DNA of 32,000 nucleotides from positions 270,001 through 302,000 of the forward strand of contig AE017199.1 in NCBI GenBank assembly GCA_000008085.1, read 5' to 3'. The translations under genes were made by a program, and so were the position numbers. Below are positions 23,481 through 31,506 of this stretch, one piece after another. Position 1 is the first letter of the stretch; each line of letters starts with the position of its first letter. The stretch comes from Nanoarchaeum equitans Kin4-M. Its GTDB lineage: Archaea; Nanobdellota; Nanobdellia; Nanobdellales; Nanoarchaeaceae. The notes under the pieces were generated by a model. That model made no database searches, was not told where the DNA came from, and worked only from the letters and a program-made list of their open reading frames with translations.

Positions 23481-24319
23481 GCGAAAAGAAAGAACCTGCT
23501 AATATAGCAGTATACTTAATAGCTTTTCTATTATTAATATGGCTATCAAATGTAATTTACTATTTATTGCAACCTCCAAAAAGGGTAAAGAAATTGCTAT
23601 ACAACGAAAGTGTCTCTAATGGAAATTGTACTGTGTTTAAAGATATACTTTTATCGGATAAAGGTATTGAAATAGATATAAATCCTACTCCAATTGTTTT
23701 ATATAAAACACCAAAACTTTGCCTAACTTCTTCGATATATAATGTGGATCAAATAACTTTGTCAGATAAAGAAGGACTATTAAGAATAGAAAAAAGTGAT
23801 GGCCCCATTATAATTAAATCCGGTAATAAAATAGTATATAAAGGGATAGCAGATAATTTGGAATTGCAAATAAAAGAACCAACAATAACATTAGATTATA
23901 GTATATTTCCAAAAACTATATGTTTATACAACGTTAGTTTTACGCAAAACGAGGTATTATATATAACATATTCACCCTACTTGGGAAAACCATATTTATC
24001 GGGCAATTGTGTTATAAAAATTAATGGCGAGCTCGTTTCCGCTTATAATACACAAATACCCATAAAGCTTAAAATTGGCACAAACAAAATAGAAATAGTT
24101 AATTGCCCTTCTGGTAAAATAGTTTTTGTCCCAAATATGGACAAACTAAAAATAGAGGGCAATGTAACAATTAATGCAGAATTCGATGGTACTATTGAAG
24201 TTTGTTCTAACAAATGCGAAACTTATAGCGAGAAAATTATCAATTTAAGAGTAAAGAACCCAACTTTGATACCCTTAAGAAGAACCTACATAAGAGAGAT
24301 GTCAATATGTTTTAAATAG
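23477..24319 (+). CDS. hypothetical single-pass membrane protein with a Cys-containing, beta-rich extracellular domain
   Basis: TM helix IAVYLIAFLLLIWLSNVIYYLL, N-x-S/T sites and multiple Cys residues. ATGA overlap with the upstream gene. Confidence 0.5.
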   Translation: MSEKKEPANIAVYLIAFLLLIWLSNVIYYLLQPPKRVKKLLYNESVSNGNCTVFKDILLSDKGIEIDINPTPIVLYKTPKLCLTSSIYNVDQITLSDKEGLLRIEKSDGPIIIKSGNKIVYKGIADNLELQIKEPTITLDYSIFPKTICLYNVSFTQNEVLYITYSPYLGKPYLSGNCVIKINGELVSAYNTQIPIKLKIGTNKIEIVNCPSGKIVFVPNMDKLKIEGNVTINAEFDGTIEVCSNKCETYSEKIINLRVKNPTLIPLRRTYIREMSICFK

Positions 24320-24336
24320 GATAGACCTATTTTTTT

Positions 24337-24855
24337 ATGAAAGAAGAATATGCTATAGTATTAGATTATAACCCTACTGAAGGTGTAGTATATGCTGTGG
24401 GAACTAAATTTTTTACATTGCTAAAGCTAAAGCCTAAACCAGATGCTGTAATAGCTCCTTTGGAAAAAGTATATGTAGGACCAGGAAAAAGAGATAAAAT
24501 CCAATATATAATAAAAAGGCTAAAATACGACGAACTAACGGATTTTGCTAAAGAACAATTAGAAAAAGCCATAGAACAAATAGTAAAAGAGAGAGAAAAA
24601 GAGTTTGTAGAATTCTTTAATATGGCTGGGCCTATAACTTTAAGGTTGCATTCTTTAGAGTTATTTGAAGGAATAGGTAAAAAAACCGTAAACGAAATAA
24701 TTAGCGAAAGAGAAAGAGAAAAATTCAAATCCTTTGAAGATATAGAGAAAAGAATACCAAAACTAAAGAATATAGTAAAAATAATAGCTAAAAGGATTTT
24801 AGACGAATTAAGATGTAAAGACAAATACCATCTATTTACATCTAGGTTTTGTTAA
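24337..24855 (+). CDS. DUF655-family (COG1491) predicted nucleic-acid-binding protein with a helix-hairpin-helix
   Basis: EEYAIVLDYNP...KFFTLLKLKPK... at the N-terminus (OB-like). ...LHSLELFEGIGKKTVNEIISERE..FKSFEDIEKRI (HhH). TATA ttttaaat (24310-24317) ends 20 nt upstream. Confidence 0.65.
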   Translation: MKEEYAIVLDYNPTEGVVYAVGTKFFTLLKLKPKPDAVIAPLEKVYVGPGKRDKIQYIIKRLKYDELTDFAKEQLEKAIEQIVKEREKEFVEFFNMAGPITLRLHSLELFEGIGKKTVNEIISEREREKFKSFEDIEKRIPKLKNIVKIIAKRILDELRCKDKYHLFTSRFC

Positions 24856-25471
24856 TTTTCCATAGCCATAGAAATTTTGGATCTGCATCTTTTGGTTTTG
24901 GGTTTAGCCTTTCTTTGAAAACCAAATCGATATATTCTAAGGGGTATATTTTATAGCCTACACTTACTATAAAAGAAATTATTTTTCGAACCATATGGTA
25001 TAAAAATCTATCCCCAACAATTGAAAAAACATAATAGTCTTTTCTTTCCTCTATATCGAATTTTATTATAGTACACAATGGGTTTTTTGCTTCTCTCTCA
25101 ATAGTAAAATTAGTAAAATCCTTTTTACCAATAAAATGTTTCGCTGCTTCTTTCATTAAATCTAAATTAGGCAAGCCCTTTACTTTTATTTTTGTTTTTC
25201 TTACAATTATGTTTCCAACTTTATGTAAATAACTAATTTGTTCTATTGCTTTATCTTTTGGCAAAAAATATTTATATTCTTTTGATAACACCTTATTTAT
25301 TGGCTCTTCTCCTAAAAGAATTACATTTTTCGGCAATACTTTTGGTATATTCCCATAAAAATAGTTTTCTCTCGCAGAAACATATTTATCTGTCCTCGAA
25401 ATCCATTTACCTTTAATTAGTTGGGCGATAGCTTTGTTTGGCCTAAAATACCAAAACTTATAATAATACAT
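24842..25471 (-). CDS. truA: tRNA pseudouridine synthase TruA/Pus1-like (compact, 209 aa)
   Basis: ISRTDKYVSARENY (RTDxGVSA-like catalytic Asp region). GKKDFTNFT. GDRFLYHMVRKIISFIVSVG. Confidence 0.75.
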   Translation of the reverse strand: MYYYKFWYFRPNKAIAQLIKGKWISRTDKYVSARENYFYGNIPKVLPKNVILLGEEPINKVLSKEYKYFLPKDKAIEQISYLHKVGNIIVRKTKIKVKGLPNLDLMKEAAKHFIGKKDFTNFTIEREAKNPLCTIIKFDIEERKDYYVFSIVGDRFLYHMVRKIISFIVSVGYKIYPLEYIDLVFKERLNPKPKDADPKFLWLWKINKT

Positions 25472-26003
25472 TTCTTAGCAATCTAATTCCTATTCTTTTA
25501 AGGATTTCTCCCATAATATGGGCCATCGGGAAAAATCCTAATATCACTAATATTAGTCCCACTAAAGCAGAATATAAATCATGGCCCAAAACAAATGCAT
25601 ACTCTTTAGGATAATAAATTATTGGAGTAACCAATATTTGTAGGAAAAATATCTCTCTACTTCTAGCTAACAAATATACTAACCATTCGACCCTTTTAAA
25701 GTATAGCCATAATATTAGAAAGCCATAAATTATAATAGTTATAGCTGCTTCTAAGCCTAACAAATAAAATGGGTCTTTCGATAGATTAGAAAAGCTTTGC
25801 CTTCCCCATTCCATCCCCATCCAAAAGCAGCTGTTTGCGTTAAAGATTATGTCTTCTTTTTCAAAATGATGCAAAGTTTCTACTAACAACCATGAAACAT
25901 ATATAGGAATTACAACCCAAAGTAATTCTAAATGCTTTAATGGCGCTAATAATAGATCTAAAAATACTTTAATAAAATGCAGATAACCTTGTATTATATC
26001 CAT
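25458..26003 (-). CDS. hypothetical polytopic membrane protein (about 5 TM helices)
   Basis: Several hydrophobic helices. Overlaps the upstream gene by 10 nt and the downstream truA by 14 nt. Confidence 0.5.
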   Translation of the reverse strand: MDIIQGYLHFIKVFLDLLLAPLKHLELLWVVIPIYVSWLLVETLHHFEKEDIIFNANSCFWMGMEWGRQSFSNLSKDPFYLLGLEAAITIIIYGFLILWLYFKRVEWLVYLLARSREIFFLQILVTPIIYYPKEYAFVLGHDLYSALVGLILVILGFFPMAHIMGEILKRIGIRLLRNVLL

Positions 26004-26818
26004 TGTTCTATTGTTTTTTCTCTTTCTGTTGTTAATTCTCCAACTTCTATTATTAGTTTTTTAGCTAACAGTTTACTATATTGCCTAGCTATTGTATCGG
26101 CCAAAACTATTGGTTCATATACTCCATAATAATTAGTATAATTCGCAATGTTTTCTAGTAAATCCATATTATTGGGACTAATAACTATTAAAGATGGGTT
26201 TCTTCCGAAATATGCTAAAATAGTTTTGAATTTTTTATTGAAAAATATTATGTCTCTGCCTTCTATATAGAAAGGTTGGTTCTTCTCCAAATAATACAAA
26301 GAAAGCAAATCTAAAATATATTTGCTTACTATATATTCGTCTCCAAATATATTGGTTATTCCCCAATTGGTTATCTTTTTAGCAAAAAATATTGTTTTCT
26401 CTAAGTTGGCTTTAATTAAATCCCTATACTCATTAACTATAGGTAAATCGTATTTTTCCAATAATCTTTTATCAATGTTAGGAGAGCCATCTATTATTAT
26501 TGTTCCATCGTATTCGTTAATTAGTTGCCATTCGGTATATTTCATTGCTAATGTTTTAACATTTTCATCCTCTACATCTGTTAACATTGTATTAGAGTTA
26601 TAATAATCGTTATCTTTATTAACTATTACTGCTCCAACGATTAGTGCTAAGCGGTTCCCTCTAAAGGGGATAACTCTAATAGAGGAATCAATAGCGGGCA
26701 AAGCTCCTTCTTTTGTATCAACAAAGTTTATTCTTTCTTTAATAGAATCAAAATCCAATTCTAGCTCTTTTTCTAAATAGTTTTTTAGTTTTTCTATCCC
26801 CACTATTTCTAATAGCAT
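25994..26818 (-). CDS. NurA-like (RNase H-fold) nuclease candidate, compact (274 aa)
   Basis: The order and spacing of acidic motifs resemble NurA: ALPAIDSS (DGS-like), acidic VEDENV/YTEW, TIIIDGSPN (DGS), and C-terminal YEPIVLADTIARQ (where NurA has ..AH..A). This rests on motif recall only. Confidence 0.45.
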   Translation of the reverse strand: MLLEIVGIEKLKNYLEKELELDFDSIKERINFVDTKEGALPAIDSSIRVIPFRGNRLALIVGAVIVNKDNDYYNSNTMLTDVEDENVKTLAMKYTEWQLINEYDGTIIIDGSPNIDKRLLEKYDLPIVNEYRDLIKANLEKTIFFAKKITNWGITNIFGDEYIVSKYILDLLSLYYLEKNQPFYIEGRDIIFFNKKFKTILAYFGRNPSLIVISPNNMDLLENIANYTNYYGVYEPIVLADTIARQYSKLLAKKLIIEVGELTTEREKTIEQWI

Positions 26819-26838
26819 TTGTTAATACTATAGAAAAG

Positions 26839-26846
26839 CTTTAAAA
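26839..26846. promoter_or_regulatory. shared bidirectional TATA (ctttaaaa / ttttaaag) for the NurA-like operon (-) and rpoN (+)
   Basis: 21 nt from ATG 26818 and 20 nt from GTG 26866. Confidence 0.6.
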
Positions 26847-26865
26847 TTGAAAAAAACTTACCCAA

Positions 26866-27063
26866 GTGCTACCACCAATTAGATGTTTTAGTTGTGGCAA
26901 ACCTTTGGGACATCTATGGGAAGAGTTTAATGAAAGGGTAAATAAAGGGGAAGATCCAAAAAAAGTTTTAGATGATTTAGGATTGGAAAGATATTGTTGT
27001 AGAAGAACATTATTAAGCGCTGTAGTAGTATTTCCAGTAATAGCTAAATTTAAGAAGGTTTAG
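26866..27063 (+). CDS. rpoN: RNA polymerase subunit N (Rpo10/RpoN), GTG start
   Basis: [19 protein letters not shown]...[14 protein letters not shown]. Confidence 0.9.
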   Translation: MLPPIRCFSCGKPLGHLWEEFNERVNKGEDPKKVLDDLGLERYCCRRTLLSAVVVFPVIAKFKKV

Positions 27064-27610
27064 TCCTCTCTGCTATCACTATAAAACCATTAAACTTTAC
27101 CCCACTAATCTCGAATCTCGTTCCATTTGGTGTCTTAGTTACCCTATGCTCTTCTAACCAAACTATTTCGGTATTAAACCCATCCAATATATCTATTAAT
27201 TGGGAAAGCTTTTCAAAATGTATAACGAAGATAACTAAATATTTTTTGGCCTTATCTTTAACTTTCTTTACAACGTCTATAACATTTTTCACATCTATAA
27301 TAATTAGATCTGCTTCTTCATCTATATTTTCTAAACCTATCTCTCTTTTTTTGATAATAACATTATCGAGATTTGCTTTGCTTAGGTTTTCTTTTAGTAT
27401 TGGGATCCATCTATCGTCTTTTTCATAAACTATTATTTTGTTTGGGTATACTAAATAAGCTAAATACATAGTTAAACTACCAGAGCCTGGACCTATTTCC
27501 ACTATAGTCCAATCCTTTTCTGGTAGAACTCTCGCTATAATATAGCCTATATCTTTTAACATTAAACTTTGGGGGCCCCTTTTTCGGTTTTTCCATATAT
27601 CATATAACAT
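27050..27610 (-). CDS. SAM-dependent methyltransferase, TrmI/Gcd14-like catalytic domain (no N-terminal domain)
   Basis: [13 protein letters not shown]...[28 protein letters not shown]. The track start 27631 is TTG. ATG 27610 is 21 nt from TATA attttaat (27638..27631). Confidence 0.6.
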   Translation of the reverse strand: MLYDIWKNRKRGPQSLMLKDIGYIIARVLPEKDWTIVEIGPGSGSLTMYLAYLVYPNKIIVYEKDDRWIPILKENLSKANLDNVIIKKREIGLENIDEEADLIIIDVKNVIDVVKKVKDKAKKYLVIFVIHFEKLSQLIDILDGFNTEIVWLEEHRVTKTPNGTRFEISGVKFNGFIVIAERTKPS

Positions 27611-27638
27611 ATAAAGAAAAGGTAATACCAATTAAAAT
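27609..27638. promoter_or_regulatory. two crossed TATA boxes: atataaag for the C/D sRNA (+) and attttaat for the TrmI-like gene (-)
   Basis: 27609-27616 ends 21 nt before sRNA nucleotide 27637. The reverse complement of 27631-27638 ends 21 nt before ATG 27610. Each box abuts the opposite start site. Confidence 0.6.
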
Positions 27639-27690
27639 GATGAGCAGTTACTCCCCTGAAATGTGATGAATCTCTAATCCACTGATTTTT
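27637..27690 (+). ncRNA. box C/D sRNA (2'-O-methylation guide)
   Basis: ATGATGA (27637-27643), 12-nt guide GCAGTTACTCCC, D' CTGA (27656-27659), AAT, C' GTGATGA (27663-27669), 12-nt guide ATCTCTAATCCA, D CTGA (27682-27685), then T5 (27686-27690). Both boxes are fully canonical and the two guides are symmetric 12-mers. Confidence 0.85.
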
Positions 27691-27694
27691 AAAA
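27687..27694 (+). promoter_or_regulatory. TATA box for rpl24e (ttttaaaa), overlapping the T-run that follows the sRNA D box
   Basis: Ends 21 nt before ATG 27715. Confidence 0.6.
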
Positions 27695-27714
27695 AGCTAT
27701 AATTGGTAAACCAA

Positions 27715-27867
27715 ATGAAGTGCTCTTACTGTGGGAGAGAAATAGAACCTGGTACTGGAAAAATATATGTAACTAACAAAGGCAAAATATACTATTTTTG
27801 CTCATCAAAATGTGAAAAGCTAATGCTAAGAGGCACTAAAAGAAAGAAATGGGCAAGAAATTCTTAG
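27715..27867 (+). CDS. rpl24e: ribosomal protein L24e (50 aa)
   Basis: Below the ORF-track cut-off; translated by hand as [50 protein letters not shown]. This fits the L24e zinc-ribbon pattern C..CG..I.PG.G......G....FCS.KC. Confidence 0.85.
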   Translation: MKCSYCGREIEPGTGKIYVTNKGKIYYFCSSKCEKLMLRGTKRKKWARNS

Positions 27868-28418
27868 TTTTTGATTATGATGGCACTCTATTAAATTCTA
27901 TCCCTATTCTAGCTCGATATATTTACAAAAAAGTTTCTCCTTTTGTTAAAACCGATATAAGAGAGATAGAAAAGCTAATAGGTTTTCCTATACACGTTAT
28001 AGCTTACGAATTAGCTAAAGATGAAGATAAAGCAAAAACATTAATAAAACTTATAGATTTGAAAGAAGCATTTGAAGAATACAAAAAAGCTTCTTTATAC
28101 TGGGACGCAAAAATAGCAATACCTCAATTGCATAAAAATTATAGATTGGCAATATTAACCGCAAGTCCCAGATATTTTGTTGAATCGACTTTGGGAGAAT
28201 ACAAAAAATATTTCGATATTATTGATGACAGGAAAGAAAAAAGTGATTTGCTTGATAAAATAGATGCAATAGCTTATGTAGGAGACCACATAGTCGATAT
28301 AGAAATAGGGAAAAAATATAATATTCCAACTTATCTAATAGAAAGGCCCCATAATTTACATATAAAATATAAACCTAAACTCAAAAATTTGTTACAATTG
28401 GTTAAGATATTGAATTAA
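27849..28418 (+). CDS. HAD-superfamily hydrolase (phosphatase-like)
   Basis: [13 protein letters not shown] (DxDGT motif I), LAILTASP (motif II), and [11 protein letters not shown] (motif IV). Overlaps the rpl24e 3' end by 19 nt and has no TATA of its own. Confidence 0.8.
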   Translation: MGKKFLVFDYDGTLLNSIPILARYIYKKVSPFVKTDIREIEKLIGFPIHVIAYELAKDEDKAKTLIKLIDLKEAFEEYKKASLYWDAKIAIPQLHKNYRLAILTASPRYFVESTLGEYKKYFDIIDDRKEKSDLLDKIDAIAYVGDHIVDIEIGKKYNIPTYLIERPHNLHIKYKPKLKNLLQLVKILN

Positions 28419-28865
28419 ACCAACTAAAAATTTGAAACCATCCAAGCCCGGCAAAGGAAGCATGTTTAGTATAAATAAATAGAAATTCATATAGCCTATC
28501 GGGCTATCTCTGAATATTATATATAATAGCAAATTAGCCAATGGCCCAGCAACAGCTATTAAAGAATAATGTAATGGATTAGTTATATAAGGAATAACAA
28601 CCATTGCTGGAACGAAAAATATTATTGGAAAATCTATTAATCGAAGAAATAGGCCTATCAATAAACCAAACCAATTAACTGTTATATATGCGTTATAGCC
28701 TAAAGCTAAAGCTGTTATTTTATGGAATAATTCATGTAAACCTATGGATAAAAAAGCAATAATAAATTGCTCTTTTATTATATCCCATTTTAATTCTGGG
28801 CTAAATATTAGGCTAACAACCAAAGAACTAACCAATAAATAGATAATTTCCTCTATTGTTATCAT
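28392..28865 (-). CDS. M50/site-2-protease-like intramembrane metalloprotease (minimal, 157 aa)
   Basis: HELFHKITA (HExxH inside a TM helix) and NMLPLPGLDG (NxxPxxxLDG). Confidence 0.7.
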   Translation of the reverse strand: MITIEEIIYLLVSSLVVSLIFSPELKWDIIKEQFIIAFLSIGLHELFHKITALALGYNAYITVNWFGLLIGLFLRLIDFPIIFFVPAMVVIPYITNPLHYSLIAVAGPLANLLLYIIFRDSPIGYMNFYLFILNMLPLPGLDGFKFLVGLIQYLNQL

Positions 28866-29977
28866 TGTATGTCTTTCAAAGTTATTACTCTTTCCTGGGC
28901 ATTTACATTGGAATCCAAAGCTAATATTAATTGGTATTTGCCTTTTATTTTTGCGTAGGTTTCGTTATCTAATATTTTATCTATTGCTATTCCATATGCG
29001 CTGGGCAATTTATCTATCTCTTCTAATGGCTTTTCATCGATAATGTTAAATTGCTCATCAAAAACTATTGCTTTCTTTGTATCGAAAACTTTTGATAATA
29101 ATTCTTTGTATTTTTCTTTGTTTTCGTCATTATTAATGGATATGCGCAAATTCTTTATGTATTGCTCTAAAGGTATTTTCGATTTTAGGGCCTTTAGAAT
29201 CTCTTTGTTAGTTAGCTCTTCTACTTCTCTTCCTGGAGGGGCTACAGCCACATAATCTATATCTGCGCCTGCAGCTAACAAGTTTCTTAATACTAGTTCT
29301 CCTCCCCTATCGCCATCTATGAATAAAGTAACTTTCTTTCTTTTTGATAACTCTACAACACTTTTAGGAATGTTAATACCATTCATACCTAAGACATTTA
29401 GTATACCGTGTTTTACTAGATTAACAACATCTGCTCTCCCTTCGACCAATATTATTTCATCACTTTTTTCTACTAATGGACCAGCAGGTAATTTTTCTTC
29501 TCCGTATTCTATTAGTTGCTTAGAATAATATGCTTCTTCCAATTCTCTTCTTAACTCTTCAATATCTGGGGCCGTTTTTGATAATAATTGAACAAACAAC
29601 TCTTTAGCCCTATTCCTTATATATTCTCGCTTAGAAGACCTAACATCGACTATTTCTTTTACCCTAAACCTCGCTTTTGCTGGCCCAACCCTATCAACAG
29701 TCTCTATCGCTGCTGCAATTAGAGAAGTCTCTACCGCTTTTAAAGAAGTGGGTATTGTAATAGTCCCAATAGTTTTGTTTCCCACTCTTTTATATTCTAC
29801 TTCAATTCTTCCCAATTTGCCTTGCTTTTGCAATTCCCTTAAATCTAATTCCATCCCTAGTAAACCTTCGGTTTGGCCAAATATTGCACCAATTATATCT
29901 TCTCTATCTACTATACCATCTATTTCGAATTCGGCTTTTATTATATATTTATATTGTACAGGGGCAAACTTCGCCAT
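28862..29977 (-). CDS. dnaG: archaeal DnaG-type primase / exosome-associated Toprim protein
   Basis: KYIIKAEFEIDGIVDREDIIGAIFGQTEGLLGMELDLRELQKQGKLGRIEV N-terminal signature. Toprim region ILVEGRADVVNL...LFIDGDRGGE. TATA ctttaata (30004..29997) ends 20 nt upstream. Confidence 0.9.
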   Translation of the reverse strand: MAKFAPVQYKYIIKAEFEIDGIVDREDIIGAIFGQTEGLLGMELDLRELQKQGKLGRIEVEYKRVGNKTIGTITIPTSLKAVETSLIAAAIETVDRVGPAKARFRVKEIVDVRSSKREYIRNRAKELFVQLLSKTAPDIEELRRELEEAYYSKQLIEYGEEKLPAGPLVEKSDEIILVEGRADVVNLVKHGILNVLGMNGINIPKSVVELSKRKKVTLFIDGDRGGELVLRNLLAAGADIDYVAVAPPGREVEELTNKEILKALKSKIPLEQYIKNLRISINNDENKEKYKELLSKVFDTKKAIVFDEQFNIIDEKPLEEIDKLPSAYGIAIDKILDNETYAKIKGKYQLILALDSNVNAQERVITLKDIQ

Positions 29978-29998
29978 TCGTTAGCAAAATTTGTAATA

Positions 29999-31024
29999 TT
30001 AAAGCCTCTCCGCTTCTTTTTTTAGTTCTTCAAACCTTTCATCTATTTCTTTCTTTAGTTTATCTCCTATGAAGTAATGGCCAAAAGCATCAACTTTTGC
30101 AGCAATAGCAATTTTTGCGGCTAAAGTTCTTGCCATCCTACCTCTTAATTTTTTAGGCAATTTTTGAACATATGGATGGTTAAATAATACTCCATGTTTT
30201 GGTGGGGGTGTGCCTTTAGTTAAATGCTTAAACAATGCCTTTTCCGCTCCTAATACTTGGATAGTTGATGCTGGTAAGTAAGCTAATTCTTTTAAACCGC
30301 CAGCTAAAGCTAATAACCTCGCTCCAACTAATGGTCCAGCAATAGCTGTTACATTTGGGGCATACCTCTCCATCATTTGTTTTATGTAATTTTGTAATTG
30401 CTTTCTAAATTCATACATATCTTTTATTCTTTGAGCGAAAGTCATTAATATTTGTTTGCTTTCCTCATCTATATTACCACCCATTGTTTTGTCTAAGCCC
30501 AATTCTTTTAACCATTCTTCTCTCGGTTTCTCTAATACCGCTTTCACAAATTGCTCGTGGTCTTCAAATTTTTTACTTAATTCTGGGAAATATAATTCAT
30601 ACCATTCTCTAAACCTTTCCATCATTAAGTTTAATATTTTATTAGTATCGTCCAAAGCTTTTATTGCTTGTATTATTAACCAGTCATGGCTAACACTTTC
30701 ACTTAGCTCTCTTATTGTTACCTCGTATTGCACATCTCTAATATAAGAGAAATTATCATTTTCTCTCGCATAGAATAGAGCTTTATTTATTAGTTTTGTG
30801 TTTAAATCTAAGGGCAAATCTAATCCCTTATAAGCCCTTCCTAATATTTTTAATTCATATTTGCTTTTAAGTTTGTCAATTTCTCCTTTTAGTGATTCTG
30901 GTAATATTCCTTTTTTTAATTTGTATGCTTCTTCTTCACTAAATTCCATTGGCTTATATTCCAATAAAGTACCATCTTCATCTAAAACATATAGGCCATT
31001 CAAATGTATAAATAGGTAAGCCAT
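29999..31024 (-). CDS. nop5: Nop5 (Nop56/58 homologue), core protein of the box C/D sRNP
   Basis: LVGARLLALAGGLKELAYLPASTIQVLGAEKALFKHL..GTPPPKHGVLFNHPYV. Confidence 0.9.
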   Translation of the reverse strand: MAYLFIHLNGLYVLDEDGTLLEYKPMEFSEEEAYKLKKGILPESLKGEIDKLKSKYELKILGRAYKGLDLPLDLNTKLINKALFYARENDNFSYIRDVQYEVTIRELSESVSHDWLIIQAIKALDDTNKILNLMMERFREWYELYFPELSKKFEDHEQFVKAVLEKPREEWLKELGLDKTMGGNIDEESKQILMTFAQRIKDMYEFRKQLQNYIKQMMERYAPNVTAIAGPLVGARLLALAGGLKELAYLPASTIQVLGAEKALFKHLTKGTPPPKHGVLFNHPYVQKLPKKLRGRMARTLAAKIAIAAKVDAFGHYFIGDKLKKEIDERFEELKKEAERL

Positions 31025-31043
31025 TTAGCTTTGTTAGACCATT

Positions 31044-31075
31044 ATTTATAACTTTATTGCCATTTGCTTTTTAAA
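31044..31075. promoter_or_regulatory. separate TATA boxes for nop5 (ttataaat, minus strand) and hsp20 (tttttaaa, plus strand)
   Basis: The reverse complement of 31044-31051 ends 20 nt before ATG 31024. 31068-31075 ends 21 nt before ATG 31096. Confidence 0.55.
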
Positions 31076-31095
31076 GAGCTATTGCATAAAATAGA

Positions 31096-31506
31096 ATGAG
31101 AGACGACTGGTTTAGAAGGTTGTTAAGAGATATCTTTATGTTAGAAAGAGATCTATTAGAGAACTTTGATATGGGATTTGATTATGCAATTCCGGGAATG
31201 CAAATGAGAGAAACAGAAAGCTATTACATTATTACTATACCATTACCAGGAGTAAGGAAAGAAGACATTAATTTATATTTAGATGGGAACAATTTGGTTA
31301 TTGATGTCCACTCTAAGGCCAAAGAAGAGAGGAAAGAGAAAAACGAATATTTCGTTAATGTAGGAGAGATACATTTACATAGGGAGATACCATTGCCAGC
31401 GAATGCCGATCCTAATTCTATAGAAGCAGAGTATAGGAACGGTTTGTTAGTAATTAGAATAAAGAAAACCAACCAATTCAGAGGAAGAAGGATCCCTATA
31501 AAATAA
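31096..31506 (+). CDS. hsp20: small heat-shock protein (Hsp20/alpha-crystallin family)
   Basis: YYIITIPLPGVRKEDINLYLDGNNLVIDV...FHREIPLPANADPNSIEAEYRNGLLVIRIKK. Confidence 0.9.
   Translation: MRDDWFRRLLRDIFMLERDLLENFDMGFDYAIPGMQMRETESYYIITIPLPGVRKEDINLYLDGNNLVIDVHSKAKEERKEKNEYFVNVGEIHLHREIPLPANADPNSIEAEYRNGLLVIRIKKTNQFRGRRIPIK

Noticed and set aside
24366-24824. 152-aa minus-strand ORF antisense to the DUF655 gene.
   Set aside because: It is Ser/Phe/Leu-rich and of low complexity, lies entirely within a CDS that has recognisable HhH and OB-like features, and has no promoter.
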